Source: an uncultured Nitrospiraceae bacterium (lineage in GTDB: Bacteria; Nitrospirota; Thermodesulfovibrionia; Thermodesulfovibrionales; SM23-35). From it: a stretch of DNA of 64,000 nt. Below, one piece after another: positions 32,401 through 43,384 of this stretch (position 1 is its first letter; every line of letters starts with the position of its first letter). Location: the NCBI GenBank assembly GCA_963727775.1, contig CAVSHB010000004.1, forward strand, positions 224,001 to 288,000, written 5' to 3'. The position numbers were made by a program, and so were the translations under genes. Under the pieces are notes generated by a model. That model saw only the letters and a program-made list of their open reading frames with translations. It searched no databases and was not told the origin of the DNA.

Positions 32401-32576
32401 GTAGGCCGCTTGGTATCTCTATCATCGGCGGGTTGATCTTCAGCCAGATGCTTACACTCTATACAACGCCCGTCATTTATCTTTGGTTCGACCGGTTGGC
32501 GAGACGACTCGGCAAGGTACGCTCCGAAAATTCCGATGACGTTTCAGGTGATCGCGATGGGCAGGCAGGCTCTTAA
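29451..32576 (+). CDS. mdtB: MdtB/MuxB-type RND transporter
   Basis: [25 protein letters not shown] and GIVKKNGIM; 1041 aa. Confidence 0.9.
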   Translation: MNPSRTFIVRPVATTLLMAAILLAGAVAYRLLPVSALPQVDYPTIQVVTFYPGASPDVAASSITAPLERQFGQMPGLRQMTSTSSGGSSVITLQFSLDLSLDVAEQEVQAAINAATTFLPRDLPNPPVYSKVNPADAPILTLALTSDTLPLPQIEDLSDTRLAQKISQLSGVGLVSISGGQRPAVRVQANPTVLAAYGLTLEDMRTALSAANVNQAKGGFDGSRQSSIIGANDQLLSSKEYRPLVVAYRNNAPVLLSDVATVIDDAENVKQAAWMNDAPAVIVNIQRQPGTNVIEVVDRVKRLLPQLQSSLPSAVQVSILTDRTTTIRASVKDVEFELMVAVALVVMVIFLFLRTLAATSIPSIAVPLSLIGTFGIMYLVGFSLNNLSLMALTIATGFVVDDAIVMIENIARYIEQGDPPLQAALKGSEQIAFTIMSLTVSLVAVLIPLLFMADVVGRLFREFAITLGVTIVISAVVSLTLTPMMCARLLKHKPEEQQKKLFRISQRLFDRAIELYGKTLKWVLQHQTSTLLVAVGTLILTVFLYMVVPKGFFPVQDTGLIMGISEAPQWTSFTAMAEQQQALSRVILKDPAVKSLSTFIGVDGTNTTLNSGRVLINLKPIEERKMSASDIIRRIQPAVAKLRGITLYMQPVQDLTVESRVSKTQYQYSLEDPDLSELNGWTPRVVDALRRLPELRDVSSDQQDQGLRASVVIDRTTASRLGITPQLIDDTLYDAFGQRQVSTMFTQLNQYRLILEVKPEFKQNPGKLKDIYIRSSGGGQVPLGAVTRTAETTGPLIISHQGQFPATNISFNLAPGESLGKAIKEIDSTTQKMGMPASIRSSFQGTAKAFQSSLGNEYLLILAALITVYIVLGVLYESYIHPITILSTLPSAGVGALLALLICRTEFSVIALIGIILLIGIVKKNGIMIVDFALDAERRERKSPVDAIYQACLLRFRPIMMTTMSALLAALPLALGTGMGSELRRPLGISIIGGLIFSQMLTLYTTPVIYLWFDRLARRLGKVRSENSDDVSGDRDGQAGS

Positions 32577-35500
32577 TGAATATCTCGGCGCCCTTCATTA
32601 AGAGGCCTGTCGCCACAACCCTCCTGACTGTCGGAATGGTCCTCGCCGGGATCGTTGCCGTCCGCTTACTGCCCGTAGCTCCGCTGCCTCAGGTCGACTT
32701 TCCGACAATCTCTGTATCCGCGACGCTGCCGGGAGCGAGCCCCGAGACCATGGCGACATCCGTTGCGGCTCCGCTTGAACGCCAGTTTGCCCACATTGCA
32801 GGTGTGACCGAAATGACGTCAACGAGCAGCCTTGGAGCAACTTCCATCACCCTGCAGTTCGAATTGAGCCGCAATATCGACGGCGCTGCCCGAGATGTCC
32901 AGGCGGCAATCAATGCAGCGCGAGATTATTTGCCGGCTGCCCTTCCGAGCAATCCGACATACCGAAAAGTCAATCCTGCTGATGCCCCGATTCTCATTTT
33001 AGCTCTCACCTCAGACACGGTGAGCAAAGCGCGGATGTACGATGCCGCCTCGACAATCCTTCAGCAGAAGCTTTCGCAGATCGACGGCGTCGGCCAGGTG
33101 ATAGTGGGCGGCAGCTCGCTGCCTGCAGTCCGCGTGGAGCTGAATCCTACGGCGCTGAACAAATACGGCCTCGGTCTTGATGATGTGAGTACCGCCTTAA
33201 GCAGCACTAATGCAAACCGACCCAAGGGACAATTAGCGGACGGGACCAGGACATGGGAGATTACGACTAACGATCAAATGTACAAGGCCGAAGAGTATAA
33301 GCCCGTTATTGTCGCCTACCGGTCCGGGGCGGCGGTCCGACTTTCGGACGTTGCTGACGTACAGGATTCGGTGGAGGACATTCGCAATGCAGGACTCGTT
33401 AACGGCCGACCATCCGTGCTCTTGATTCTCTTCCGGCAGCCCGGAGCAAATATCATAGAGACTGTCGACCGTATCACGGGCCTGCTCCCTCAGTTGGAGG
33501 CGTCTATCCCGGGCGCTGTCAGACTTTCGGTCGTTCTGGACCGGACCACAACTATCCGGGCCTCACTGAAACACGTGGAGTATACGCTTGTTGTCGCGGG
33601 CATACTCGTGATTTTGGTGGTCTTCGTTTTTCTCCGAAATATACGGGCTACGCTCATCCCTGCTGTTGCAGTTCCCGTATCGCTTATCAGCACCTTCGGG
33701 GTGATGTACCTCTTCAGGTACAGCCTCGATAACCTGTCCCTCATGGCGCTGACTATCGCGACAGGCTTTGTCGTCGATGACGCCATCGTTGTCCTTGAAA
33801 ACATCACCCGTCATCTTGAACAGGGCGTTCCTGCCCGGCAGGCTGCCTTCCTGGGCGCGCGGGAGATCGGCTTTACCGTGCTCTCGATCAGCATTTCGCT
33901 CGTGGCGGTTTTCATACCCATATTGATGATGGGCGGGATGCTGGGCCGCCTGTTCAGGGAGTTCGCTGTGACCCTTTCAGCGGCAATCCTGATCTCACTT
34001 GTGGTATCGCTTACCACAACGCCCATGATGTGCGCGGCGCTCCTGAAGCCTGAGACAGCCCGTTCCCACGGTCGGCTGTATAGGGCGGCGGAAAGGGTAT
34101 TCGACTGGATGCACTGCAGTTACGAGAAAAGTCTGTCATGGGCCCTGCGTCACCCCCGATTCATGCTCACCCTGACATTGATAACCATAGTGATCAACAT
34201 TTTCCTGTTTATCGTCGTGCCGAAGGGATTTTTCCCTCAGCAGGACACCGGACGTCTGACAGGGTCTATCCAGGCTGCTCAAGATATATCTTTTCAGGCC
34301 ATGAAGGAGAAACTGGCGGCGATTGTGGACATTATTAAAGACGATCCTGCCGTGGACAACGTGATAGGGTTCACCGGCGGAGGCGGAGGCGGTGTAACAA
34401 GGAACAGCGCCCGCATGTTCATCGCGCTCAAGCCGCTGGAAGAACGGAAGCTCAGCGCAGACCAGGTGATTGCCCGACTGCGCAAGAAACTCGTCAGCGT
34501 ACCGGGTGCGCCGGCCTTTCTTCAGGCTGTGCAGGATGTGCGCGTAGGAGGGAGAATAAGCGCGGCGCAATATCAGTATACGCTTCAGGGAGACAACCTG
34601 AGAGAGCTGATGACGTGGGCGCCGCAGGTCGAACAGAAATTGCGCGCCTTGCCCGGCGTAGTCGATGTGAACAGCGATCAGCAGGACAAGGGGATGCAGT
34701 CAACAGTAGTGGTCGATCGGGGCACCGCATCACGGCTGGGCATAACCTCACAGATGATCGATAATACCCTGTACAGCGCCTTCGGCCAGAGCCAGGTCTC
34801 GATCATGTATACATTGTTGAACCAGTACCATGTGGTTATGGAGGTGGAGCCCCGGTTCTGGCAGCGTCCCGAAACTCTCAGGGATATTTACGCACATTCT
34901 TCGAGCGGAGCGCTGGTCCCGCTGAGCACATTCACCCGTTACGAGCCGACCACTACCGCGCTTGCGATAGGCCATCAGGGACAGTTTCCATCGGTGACCT
35001 TGTCGTTCAATCTGGCGCCGGGAGCGGCGCTAGGGGACGCGGTGAAGAAGATCGAGACGACCACCCGGCAGATGGGTCTGCCTGCAAGTATCGGGGGCAG
35101 TTTCCAGGGCACAGCCCAGGTCTTCCAGGCTTCCCTTGCGAGCGAACCGCTGTTGATTCTGGCGGCCCTGATCTCGGTCTATATCGTGCTCGGCGTGTTA
35201 TATGAAAGCTACATCCATCCTATTACTATCTTGTCCACGCTGCCCTCGGCCGGTGTTGGCGCGATTCTCGCGCTGTTGATCTCCCGCACAGAGCTGAGCG
35301 TTATTGCGATGATCGGGATTATTCTCCTTATCGGTATCGTCAAAAAGAACGGCATTATGATGGTCGACTTCGCCCTGGATGCGGAACGCAGAGAGGGAAA
35401 GAATTCCGTTGACGCGATCTATCAGGCCTGCCTCTTGAGATTTCGTCCGATCATGATGACGACAATGTCGGCCCTGCTGGGGGCCGTGCCTCTGGCTGTG

Positions 35501-35701
35501 GGGTTTGGCGTCGGGGGAGAGCTTCGGCGTCCGCTCGGTATCGCTATTGTCGGTGGGCTGATCTTCAGCCAGATGCTCACTCTCTACACGACCCCGGTGG
35601 TATACCTCTACCTTGACAGGTTCAGGCTTTGGCTGGAAAGCAAGAGAAGAAACATACGATGGGCCGTACGTGACATTGCTTCCGGACCGAGGGGAATGTG
35701 A
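32576..35701 (+). CDS. mdtC: MdtC/MuxC-type RND transporter
   Basis: Second RND subunit, translationally coupled; LPVAPLPQVDFPTI and [14 protein letters not shown]. Confidence 0.88.
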   Translation: MNISAPFIKRPVATTLLTVGMVLAGIVAVRLLPVAPLPQVDFPTISVSATLPGASPETMATSVAAPLERQFAHIAGVTEMTSTSSLGATSITLQFELSRNIDGAARDVQAAINAARDYLPAALPSNPTYRKVNPADAPILILALTSDTVSKARMYDAASTILQQKLSQIDGVGQVIVGGSSLPAVRVELNPTALNKYGLGLDDVSTALSSTNANRPKGQLADGTRTWEITTNDQMYKAEEYKPVIVAYRSGAAVRLSDVADVQDSVEDIRNAGLVNGRPSVLLILFRQPGANIIETVDRITGLLPQLEASIPGAVRLSVVLDRTTTIRASLKHVEYTLVVAGILVILVVFVFLRNIRATLIPAVAVPVSLISTFGVMYLFRYSLDNLSLMALTIATGFVVDDAIVVLENITRHLEQGVPARQAAFLGAREIGFTVLSISISLVAVFIPILMMGGMLGRLFREFAVTLSAAILISLVVSLTTTPMMCAALLKPETARSHGRLYRAAERVFDWMHCSYEKSLSWALRHPRFMLTLTLITIVINIFLFIVVPKGFFPQQDTGRLTGSIQAAQDISFQAMKEKLAAIVDIIKDDPAVDNVIGFTGGGGGGVTRNSARMFIALKPLEERKLSADQVIARLRKKLVSVPGAPAFLQAVQDVRVGGRISAAQYQYTLQGDNLRELMTWAPQVEQKLRALPGVVDVNSDQQDKGMQSTVVVDRGTASRLGITSQMIDNTLYSAFGQSQVSIMYTLLNQYHVVMEVEPRFWQRPETLRDIYAHSSSGALVPLSTFTRYEPTTTALAIGHQGQFPSVTLSFNLAPGAALGDAVKKIETTTRQMGLPASIGGSFQGTAQVFQASLASEPLLILAALISVYIVLGVLYESYIHPITILSTLPSAGVGAILALLISRTELSVIAMIGIILLIGIVKKNGIMMVDFALDAERREGKNSVDAIYQACLLRFRPIMMTTMSALLGAVPLAVGFGVGGELRRPLGIAIVGGLIFSQMLTLYTTPVVYLYLDRFRLWLESKRRNIRWAVRDIASGPRGM

Positions 35702-35747
35702 CGTTGAACAATACACAACTACCGATAAAAAACGGAAAGGATAATAT

Positions 35748-37268
35748 ATGTTTTTTTTCCTGAGGAAAGTTTGTAGAGTATGCCGGAAGTCGCGCAGTCT
35801 TGCTCTCCCGTTGGTTACAGGCGCGCTTATGCTCTTGACCGCGTGTACGGTCGTCCCGAATTATGTGAGGCCGGAGACCGAAACTCCCGACACCTACAAG
35901 GAAACGGAAGGCTGGAAAAAGGCTCAGCCGGGCGATAACATTATCAAGGGAAAGTGGTGGGAGATCTTTAATGATTCTGAGCTGAACGCACTTGAGGACA
36001 AGGTCAACATCTCTAACCAGAATGTGGCAGCGGCTGAAGCGCAGTTTCGCCAGGCCCTCGCTGCGGTCCGGGCTGCACGATCCGGTTATTTTCCGACAGT
36101 AACTGCGGATGCCTCCTTTACCCGGTCGCGTCAGCCCATAGGAGCAGGCGGCACATCAATATCCGGGGGCACGACGTCTGACTTCCTGTTGACCGGCGGC
36201 GCTGCTTGGGAACCTGACCTCTGGGGAAAGATACGCCGTACGGTTGAGGCAGGCGAAATGGGAGCGCAGGCAAGCGCGGCCAATCTCGAAGCGGTCCGCC
36301 TCAGTATGCAGGCGACTCTGGCGCAGGATTATTTTCAGCTCCGTACCTTGGATGCGCAGAAACGGCTTCTCGCTGAGACGGTCGCCGCCTACCAAAAAAC
36401 TCTGGAATTGACGAAGAACCTTTACGCTGGCGGCGTCGCTTCAAGGGCAGATGTGCTCCAGGCAGAAACGCAACTCAAGACTAGCCAGGCACAGGCGATC
36501 GATGTAGGGGTACAGCGTTCACAAACGGAACATGCAATCGCCCTTCTTATTGGGAAACCTGCGTCGACTTTTTCGAGTACAGTTGCTCCGCTTAATTCAG
36601 CGCCGCCGCCGATACCGGTCGGGGTTCCCTCTGAGCTGTTGGAGAGAAGACCGGATATTGCGGCAGTCGAGCGTCTCGTAGCGTCTGCCAATGCCCAGAT
36701 CGGGGTAGCGGAGGCCGCATATTATCCAACGCTGACGCTGACGGCATCCGGCGGCTTTGAAGGATCTCGCCTGTCAAATTGGCTGTCATGGCCGAACCGC
36801 TTGTGGTCGATCGGGTCCGCAATCGCGGAGACCTTGTTTGACGCCGGGTTGAGAAGGGCAATGACAGATGAGGCACGTGCAGCCTATGATGCCACTGTGG
36901 CGTCCTATCGTCAAACTGTACTTACCGCGTTCCAGGAGGTGGAAGATAATCTTGCCGCTCTTCGTATACTTGAGGAAGAAGCCCGGGTCCAGGAGGAAGC
37001 GGTGAATGCCTCTCAGAAATCGTTAGAGGTCACGCTGAACCAATATAAGGCTGGGACTGTCAGCTATCTGAACGTGATAGTCGCGCAGACCACGAAACTG
37101 AACAATGAGAGGACGGCGGTCGACATTTCGGGCCGCCGAATGGCCGCCAGTACCCTTCTCATAAAAGCTCTCGGCGGCGGCTGGAACGAATCCGCCATAC
37201 TTTCGACCATTGACACCGGCAGCAAAGAAACTGTGCATCAGCCTGCCGGTAATATCAATGTTCCGTGA
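35748..37268 (+). CDS. NodT/OprM-type outer-membrane efflux lipoprotein
   Basis: Lipobox LTAC, WWEIFND, PSELLERRPDI and ALGGGW. Confidence 0.92.
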   Translation: MFFFLRKVCRVCRKSRSLALPLVTGALMLLTACTVVPNYVRPETETPDTYKETEGWKKAQPGDNIIKGKWWEIFNDSELNALEDKVNISNQNVAAAEAQFRQALAAVRAARSGYFPTVTADASFTRSRQPIGAGGTSISGGTTSDFLLTGGAAWEPDLWGKIRRTVEAGEMGAQASAANLEAVRLSMQATLAQDYFQLRTLDAQKRLLAETVAAYQKTLELTKNLYAGGVASRADVLQAETQLKTSQAQAIDVGVQRSQTEHAIALLIGKPASTFSSTVAPLNSAPPPIPVGVPSELLERRPDIAAVERLVASANAQIGVAEAAYYPTLTLTASGGFEGSRLSNWLSWPNRLWSIGSAIAETLFDAGLRRAMTDEARAAYDATVASYRQTVLTAFQEVEDNLAALRILEEEARVQEEAVNASQKSLEVTLNQYKAGTVSYLNVIVAQTTKLNNERTAVDISGRRMAASTLLIKALGGGWNESAILSTIDTGSKETVHQPAGNINVP

Positions 37269-37517
37269 TGGATGCTAAGGCAGTAATGAATTTTGTATTC
37301 TTCTTCCAAATACCAACGAGTACTGAGGGAGGAGGCATTGTGCTAATTCGTTGCGGTTCCGGGTAAATCAAATGTGATGTGCCCTGATGAAAGCGATAGT
37401 GCTGTTTGTTTCTTTTCGAATAGATGCTTAAATGAGGCGATTGGAACCCTATGCCTTATAATGTTCACCGATCTAAAAAGATCATTATAAAAGGAGAAAG
37501 AAAGGAGTATGGAAAAC

Positions 37518-38486
37518 ATGAAAAGGTCACTGTACAGAAAGATCATACCTGTTGTCATTGGTTTCCTTTTGATGCCGGCGCTGATTTATGCACAATCTGA
37601 GCAGACAGCAGCAAACACCCCTCCGGTAGAACAGCCCCTTGTCCGTGAAGGTGACTTTGCGGTAGAACTTGTCTTCTCATTTGCTTTAGGCACTACTGCC
37701 GATGACGTTGAAGCAGAGAATCTCTTAAGTGCAAATGGAATTACGCCACGAAACGGATGGATTGCCGATTACCCGGTTACACCCGATATCGTTGGTGAGA
37801 TTTGGGATTCAATAAGTACCGCTGTGGATTCGAAAAAGCTGTCAATGAATCGGGATGAGGCTGCAAAGAGATACCAGCAAGCGAAAGCAGATGTCGGGCT
37901 GGACATGAGACCTTATGCATCCGGTGAAACACATGAACTGAACCCGAGTTCGAACTATCCTGACAATACGGTGATAAACAACTATTACTACAACCAGGGG
38001 CCTCCGGTAGTCACATACTTCGCTCCTCCGCCGGATTACTATTACCTGTATTCGTGGGTCCCCTATCCATTCTGGTGGTATGATTTCTGGTTCCCCGGAT
38101 ATTTCATTCTGAATGACTTCCACAGAGTTGTACACTTTCGCAATAGAACCGAGTTCATCTCCAATCATTTCAACGATGCCGGACATCACAGGGTTTTTAG
38201 AATAGATCCTTTAGACCGGTTCCATGGAAGGACTCTTGCAGGCATAGGCGCTCCAAGGAAAGGAAATTTCATTTCTTCCGGAGTCAAAAACGGATCCAGA
38301 TCTATTTTTAATCGTAACAGGATTAGCCCGCCTTCAAGTGGGAGGTCTCTCGGAACTCCTTCAGTAGGCAGATCGTTCAATGCGCCATCGGGCGGCGGTT
38401 CACCCAGACCTTCATCAGGTGGCAGGTCATCCGGTAAACCTTCTGGTGGCAAGCCAGGTTCTGTCGACCGCGACCAGAGGAGATAA
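37518..38486 (+). CDS. Secreted hypothetical protein, paralog of 47490-48560 (start 37509 or 37518)
   Basis: Signal peptide; shared PLVREGD..NGWIADYPVTPDI and GPPVVTY.APPPDY blocks; Gly/Ser tail. Confidence 0.8.
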   Translation: MKRSLYRKIIPVVIGFLLMPALIYAQSEQTAANTPPVEQPLVREGDFAVELVFSFALGTTADDVEAENLLSANGITPRNGWIADYPVTPDIVGEIWDSISTAVDSKKLSMNRDEAAKRYQQAKADVGLDMRPYASGETHELNPSSNYPDNTVINNYYYNQGPPVVTYFAPPPDYYYLYSWVPYPFWWYDFWFPGYFILNDFHRVVHFRNRTEFISNHFNDAGHHRVFRIDPLDRFHGRTLAGIGAPRKGNFISSGVKNGSRSIFNRNRISPPSSGRSLGTPSVGRSFNAPSGGGSPRPSSGGRSSGKPSGGKPGSVDRDQRR

Positions 38487-38509
38487 ATCCCTTATCCACT
38501 AAGCTGACG

Positions 38510-38549
38510 GTGTCTGATATGCTTTATGCACAAAAAGCATATCAGACAC
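38510..38549. terminator. Perfect 16-bp inverted repeat (terminator-like)
   Basis: GTGTCTGATATGCTTT / AAAGCATATCAGACAC, 24 nt after stop 38486. Confidence 0.6.
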
Positions 38550-38558
38550 TCCCCAGTT

Positions 38559-38854
38559 GATACCGCTGGATTTGGGTACTATTAGACTATGCGAAAGTAT
38601 ACTGAAAATTTTATTGGTTCCGTTAGGTACGATCTTCATACGGCGGAACATGTGCTTGAGATTGGGAGATACATATATGTTTGGTTGTAACCTCCTGCTC
38701 CTTTTCGTCGTCTTAAATTTATAAAAGCAAAGAAGGAGGTTAAATCAGGAAGAAAGGTATCATAGCCCTTACGGTCCTGGCAGTTTTATTGGCTGTAATG
38801 GTTGCCGTTGGAGTCTCCAACTCAGAGGCTGCTCATTTTGGTCACAGATCCGGC
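38559..38854 (+). repeat. 296-bp duplication, copy 2
   Basis: Matches 24808-25103. Confidence 0.95.
38686..38713 (+). promoter_or_regulatory. Putative ECF sigma promoter TGTAAC-N17-CGTCT
   Basis: Upstream of the Spy/CpxP-like gene and the ECF sigma fragment. Confidence 0.6.
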
Positions 38855-39232
38855 GCTGATCTAAAACTAATGTCCTCGCTTGCTCTCGATGATACGGAGC
38901 AGACAGCTCTGAAGACTGCTGTGTCTACTTATGGACCCGCTGTCAAAACAGCAATGCAGAATTTCCATGCAGCTAAGAAGCAGCTGAATATGGATCTTAA
39001 GGCAACAACACCGGACGGCTCTAAACTCTCTGCTGATGCTGCTACAGTTGCCGGCGCAAAGGCCCAGCTAAAAGCTGCACGTACACAATTGAATAGTGCG
39101 TTATCTGCAGCACTTACACCGGCTCATTTGCAGCAGCTTCAGGCTCAGCTGACAGCGGAGTTTCAGAAAAGGTTAGATGCTAAGACCAGTCGTCTCCTGT
39201 TTGAATACACACGGCATCTTGAGAAACAGTAA
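38747..39232 (+). pseudogene. Spy/CpxP-like periplasmic helical protein with start codon ATG>AGG
   Basis: RBS AGGAGG then AGG where copy 1 has ATG; in-frame signal peptide; LALDDTEQ and LTPAHLQQL resemble LTxxQ motifs. Confidence 0.65.
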
Positions 39233-39266
39233 ATACGGTTAGAATGGCTACGAAATGAATGCTCCC

Positions 39267-39362
39267 ATGGAGGTGATAACAGATGAACGTCTCATCGAAG
39301 CGACCATATCCGGCGACGATGAGGCGTTCAGCGAACTGGTACGGCGGCACAAACTAAAATAA
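39267..39362 (+). pseudogene. ECF sigma factor N-terminal fragment
   Basis: MEVITDERLIEATISGDDEAFSELVRRHKLK* matches the typical RpoE start D..L......GD..AF..LV.R. Confidence 0.7.
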
Positions 39363-39382
39363 ATAGTCTGCCTTATTTTCCG

Positions 39383-39415
39383 GGCAGCCAGTCTCCCCCC
39401 TATCGACTGGCTGCC
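39383..39415. terminator. 11-bp inverted repeat hairpin
   Basis: GGCAGCCAGTC / GACTGGCTGCC; no U-tract. Confidence 0.4.
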
Positions 39416-39508
39416 ACCTCCAAAAGGTCGTGTTTGTAAGTCTTGTGAAGACGAAGCGGGATAACAAGTGATGCAGATTGAACCTATCGGTTCAAGGAGA
39501 GGTCTATC

Positions 39509-39874
39509 ATGGCAGTTATACTTGTTGTGGATGACGACCCCTTACAGAGAAATATATTAAAAGTGATCCTGTCTGATGAAGGATACGAGACGCATGCTAT
39601 GTCATCAGGTGAAGAAACATTGAGAGTTGCAAAGACATTAAAGCCTGACATCGTCTTGACAGATCTTTGGATGGATAATATGGATGGGATAGAACTTATG
39701 AAGAAGCTTAGATCCAAAATGCATGTTCCGGCAGTAATTATCGTGTCTGCTGTCGGTGACATAATTGCAGTAAAGGAAGCAGTGGAAAGGGGAGAATGCA
39801 TGTACCTCGAAAAACCTCTTTATAAGGATAAGGTTCTGTTGAATATAAAGCAGGCCTTGGGTTCAGACGGATAA
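39509..39874 (+). CDS. Single-domain response regulator (REC)
   Basis: LVVDDD, DIVLTDLWM and YLEKP. Confidence 0.9.
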   Translation: MAVILVVDDDPLQRNILKVILSDEGYETHAMSSGEETLRVAKTLKPDIVLTDLWMDNMDGIELMKKLRSKMHVPAVIIVSAVGDIIAVKEAVERGECMYLEKPLYKDKVLLNIKQALGSDG

Positions 39875-39973
39875 AGGATACGCTTTAATCCATAATGCTA
39901 TCGGGAAATAGAAGTAAACACAGCTCTATAAAAATTTTTAAAAACAGAATTGTCAGCAATCTGGGAGGCGAGT

Positions 39974-41119
39974 ATGAATAAAATTTCGTCATTGTCGTTT
40001 CGCACCCATATGAAACAACAATCGGATCGGAAATCGATAAAACCCTCTGCCAATCCCATCGAACTCTTATTCCTTGTTATTACATTGATATTCTTGACAG
40101 AAGCAATTATTGTGCTTTTTCTTGAAATATTTCCAATTTTGCCGCACCTCACAAAAGTTCAGGGGGCATTGCTTGATGCGTTATTCTTGTCTGCCGTAAC
40201 ATTCTCATTTTTTTATTTTTTTATAGTAAAGCCGATGAGTTTACACGTTACCGAACTCAAAAGGGCTGAAGAGTATCTTCAAACGTCCAACGCCGAGATA
40301 CAGGATCTATACAATAACGCCCCCTGCGGGTATCACTCATTGGATAAGGATGGCGTATTTGTGCGCATAAATGACACTGAACTCAGATGGCTCGGATACT
40401 CGCGAAATGAAATCATCGGGAAGAAGCTTACTGATATTGTAACCCCTAAGAGTTCGGAAAGTTTTAAAGAGAATCATCAAAAATTCAAGAAGCAGGGATT
40501 GATGAAGGATCTCGAGTTCGAGATGATATGCAAAGACGGCAGACTTCTGCCCGTACTTCTGAGTGCAACCGCAGTGAAAGACGTTGACGGTAGTTTCCTG
40601 ATGAGCCGTGCCACCGTATATGATATTACCGACCGGAAACGGTCCGACAAAAAATTAATGAAATTGACGGATGAATTGAGAAGGTCAAATACTGATCTGC
40701 AACAATTTGCCCTTGCTGCGTCTCACGACTTACAGTCGCCTTTGCGCGTAACTGCCGGATTTGCCAATCTGCTGGCAAAACGTTATAAAGAAAAACTCGA
40801 TGAAGAAGCCAATGAGTTTATTGGAATAGATCCAATGAATAGGGAAAAAATATTTGTTATTTTTCAGCGCCTCCACGCTGCGGAAGAATATGAGGGGACA
40901 GGTATAGGATTAGCGCTTTGCAAGAGGATCGTAGAATGTCACGGCGGAAGGATATGGGTCGAGTCCGAGCCTGGAAAAGGGTCTGTATTCTATTTCACCA
41001 TCCCATACAGAAAATACCATATAAATTATTCTCCTTCGGGAAGATGGTTTTCTAAAGATACAATCGGACAAGAAAAAAAGAAAGAAGTTTCAGTAGGCCG
41101 GGGGAACTATTGGCCATAA
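39974..41119 (+). pseudogene. PAS sensor histidine kinase with internal in-frame deletion
   Basis: TM, PAS ([12 protein letters not shown]) and SHDLQSPL, then jumps from EANEFI to GIDP; the N box and DNG are missing. Confidence 0.8.
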
Positions 41120-41173
41120 GAAGTTTGTGGTTATTGATGGTTATGCTAATATTTTCTTAAAAGGAGGGTCAAG

Positions 41174-41401
41174 TTGAAATTATATGACGAAATAGCAAGG
41201 ATAGCATATGACCTTTATGAGAAAACCGGGAGAATGGATGGCCGCGAACTCGACAATTGGCTCGAAGCGGAGAGAGTCGTGATGTCATTGCATGCAGAAC
41301 AAGAAAAACTTGAACACGGATTGCCTATTGCCGTCAAAAAAAAGAAATCGGTGAAGAAAGCAATAAAAACAGAAAAAAGGACAAGAAATACAAGGAATTA
41401 A
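41174..41401 (+). CDS. DUF2934-like small protein
   Basis: IARIAYDLYEKTGR..GRELDNWLEAE; RBS AGGAGG before TTG. Confidence 0.82.
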   Translation: MKLYDEIARIAYDLYEKTGRMDGRELDNWLEAERVVMSLHAEQEKLEHGLPIAVKKKKSVKKAIKTEKRTRNTRN

Positions 41402-41541
41402 GTACAGTCTTCTTTTAAACGAGTTGTGATTATTCTGTTTTTTGGTATTATTATGAAGGTTAGGCGTGATATTCCTCAAGGAAAATTATGAGGGCAACCG
41501 CCTGACACGAGGAAATACGAGGATTAAAAAAGAGGCCGGCT

Positions 41542-42678
41542 GTGAGTGGAATCCTGAAAATAGCATATAAACTATTAGTAAACGACAAAGGCAAATTCGC
41601 TGCTTTGCTTGTCGGGATAACCTTTGCGGTCTTTTTGATGGTCATGATGACATCGATGTTTGCCGGTATCCTGCAGAGAGCATCTTCCACCGTCGGAAAT
41701 GTAGGGGCCAAAGTGTGGGTAATGGATCCTGCGGTAAATACGCCGGCGAGCAGCATCCCGATGCCGGATTACATTTTGGACGCTGTGCGAAGCATAAACG
41801 GTGTCAAATACGCAGTGCCTTTGTATTCCGGTGCGGCCCTTGCAAAACTCAGTAGCGGTGTCTATCAGGCGGTAACTGTGATAGGGCTTGACGATGCCAG
41901 CCTGTTCGGAAGGCCTAATCTCCTTCAGGGACACATTGAGGACATCTATGCCGAAAACTCATTTATTGTGGTCAAGGATTCGGAATACCCCAAACTTGGA
42001 AACCCCAAGCTCGGTACAGAATTTGAAATAAACGACAATAGGGGGGTTATTGTCGGTATCGCCCAGGTTACTGTCGGCTCGCTGTTCGGAACTCCTACCT
42101 TATATACCACATACAATAGAGCCATTCAGTATATTCCTTCGACGAGGTTTACCATCTCGTATGTCCTTATAGAACCCAAGAACATCGAAGCCCTGCCCTA
42201 CATTAAACAGCAGATAAAATCGCTCGGGTATGAAGCCCTTACAAAGGATGAATTCATCCGGAAAATTTCTAGTTATTATAAATACCAAACAGGTCTCGGC
42301 ACTAATGTGTTATTGATGACGGTAATAAGTTTTATCGTAGGGTTATCAATTTCGGGGCAGACCTTTTATACTTTCATATTGGAGAACCTTGATAAATTCG
42401 GGGCGTTAAAAGCGATAGGAGCAAAGGGGAAGGAACTCATCTATATGATATTATTCCAGGCGACTTTTACGGCCCTCACCGGCTATGGCATGGGTATCGG
42501 CTTAGCCTCCCTCATAATAATCCTGGCGAAACTCAGGTTGCCAAGCTATGCCGCTATTATAACCTATACAAATCTCGGCTTTGCTTTTGTCATGGTACTG
42601 ATAATAGCCGGTATTTCAAGTTATATCGGGATCAGAAAGGTGATCAGGATAGAGCCTTTCGATATTTTCAGAGGCTGA
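41542..42678 (+). CDS. ABC exporter permease (MacB/FtsX/DevC-like)
   Basis: N-terminal TM, periplasmic loop, FGALKAIGA and C-terminal TMs. Confidence 0.88.
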   Translation: MSGILKIAYKLLVNDKGKFAALLVGITFAVFLMVMMTSMFAGILQRASSTVGNVGAKVWVMDPAVNTPASSIPMPDYILDAVRSINGVKYAVPLYSGAALAKLSSGVYQAVTVIGLDDASLFGRPNLLQGHIEDIYAENSFIVVKDSEYPKLGNPKLGTEFEINDNRGVIVGIAQVTVGSLFGTPTLYTTYNRAIQYIPSTRFTISYVLIEPKNIEALPYIKQQIKSLGYEALTKDEFIRKISSYYKYQTGLGTNVLLMTVISFIVGLSISGQTFYTFILENLDKFGALKAIGAKGKELIYMILFQATFTALTGYGMGIGLASLIIILAKLRLPSYAAIITYTNLGFAFVMVLIIAGISSYIGIRKVIRIEPFDIFRG

Positions 42679-42679
42679 G

Positions 42680-43384
42680 ATGGCAGATCTGGCGGTGCAG
42701 GCAAACGAACTAAGCAAATGGTTTGGAGAAGGAGAAGCCAGGACGTTGGCGGTGAGAGAAGTGAGCTTCGATGCATACTTCGGAGAAATGCTCTTCATCG
42801 AAGGCCCTTCCGGGAGCGGCAAGACGACATTGCTGAGCATGATCTCGGGGATTCTCAGACCGAATTCCGGCAGAGTGGTGGTTGACAACAAAGATATATG
42901 GAGTTTGACGAGCGATGAGATCGCCGATTTCAGATTGCATACGGTAGGGTTCGTGTTTCAGGACTATCACCTCTTCCCTCGGTTGACAACAGTCGAAAAT
43001 GTGGCGATCCCCCTGATCCTGAAAAAACTCGACTGGAATGAATCCATGAACGAGTCCATGAAATATCTGGAAATAGTCGGTCTCAAAGACAGGGCACACC
43101 TCACTCCCGTCAAACTGAGCGGAGGGGAGCAGCAGCGGGTGGCAATAGCAAGGGCTATCGCCGGCAGTCCCGATATCATGATATTCGACGAGCCCACCGC
43201 CTCATTGGACGGCGATACAGGAAGAAGAATCGTCGATTTTGTAAAAAAGAATATACTCAATGAGAAACGTTGTATTGTCATCGTTACCCATGACAGCAGG
43301 ATATTTGAATACGCAGACAGAATAATGAGGATGGAGGATGGAAAGATCATGGGTATTACAAAAGGAGGTTCAAATGAGGAATAA
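42680..43384 (+). CDS. ABC ATP-binding protein
   Basis: GPSGSGKTT, LSGGEQQR, FDEPT and VTHD. Confidence 0.95.
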   Translation: MADLAVQANELSKWFGEGEARTLAVREVSFDAYFGEMLFIEGPSGSGKTTLLSMISGILRPNSGRVVVDNKDIWSLTSDEIADFRLHTVGFVFQDYHLFPRLTTVENVAIPLILKKLDWNESMNESMKYLEIVGLKDRAHLTPVKLSGGEQQRVAIARAIAGSPDIMIFDEPTASLDGDTGRRIVDFVKKNILNEKRCIVIVTHDSRIFEYADRIMRMEDGKIMGITKGGSNEE

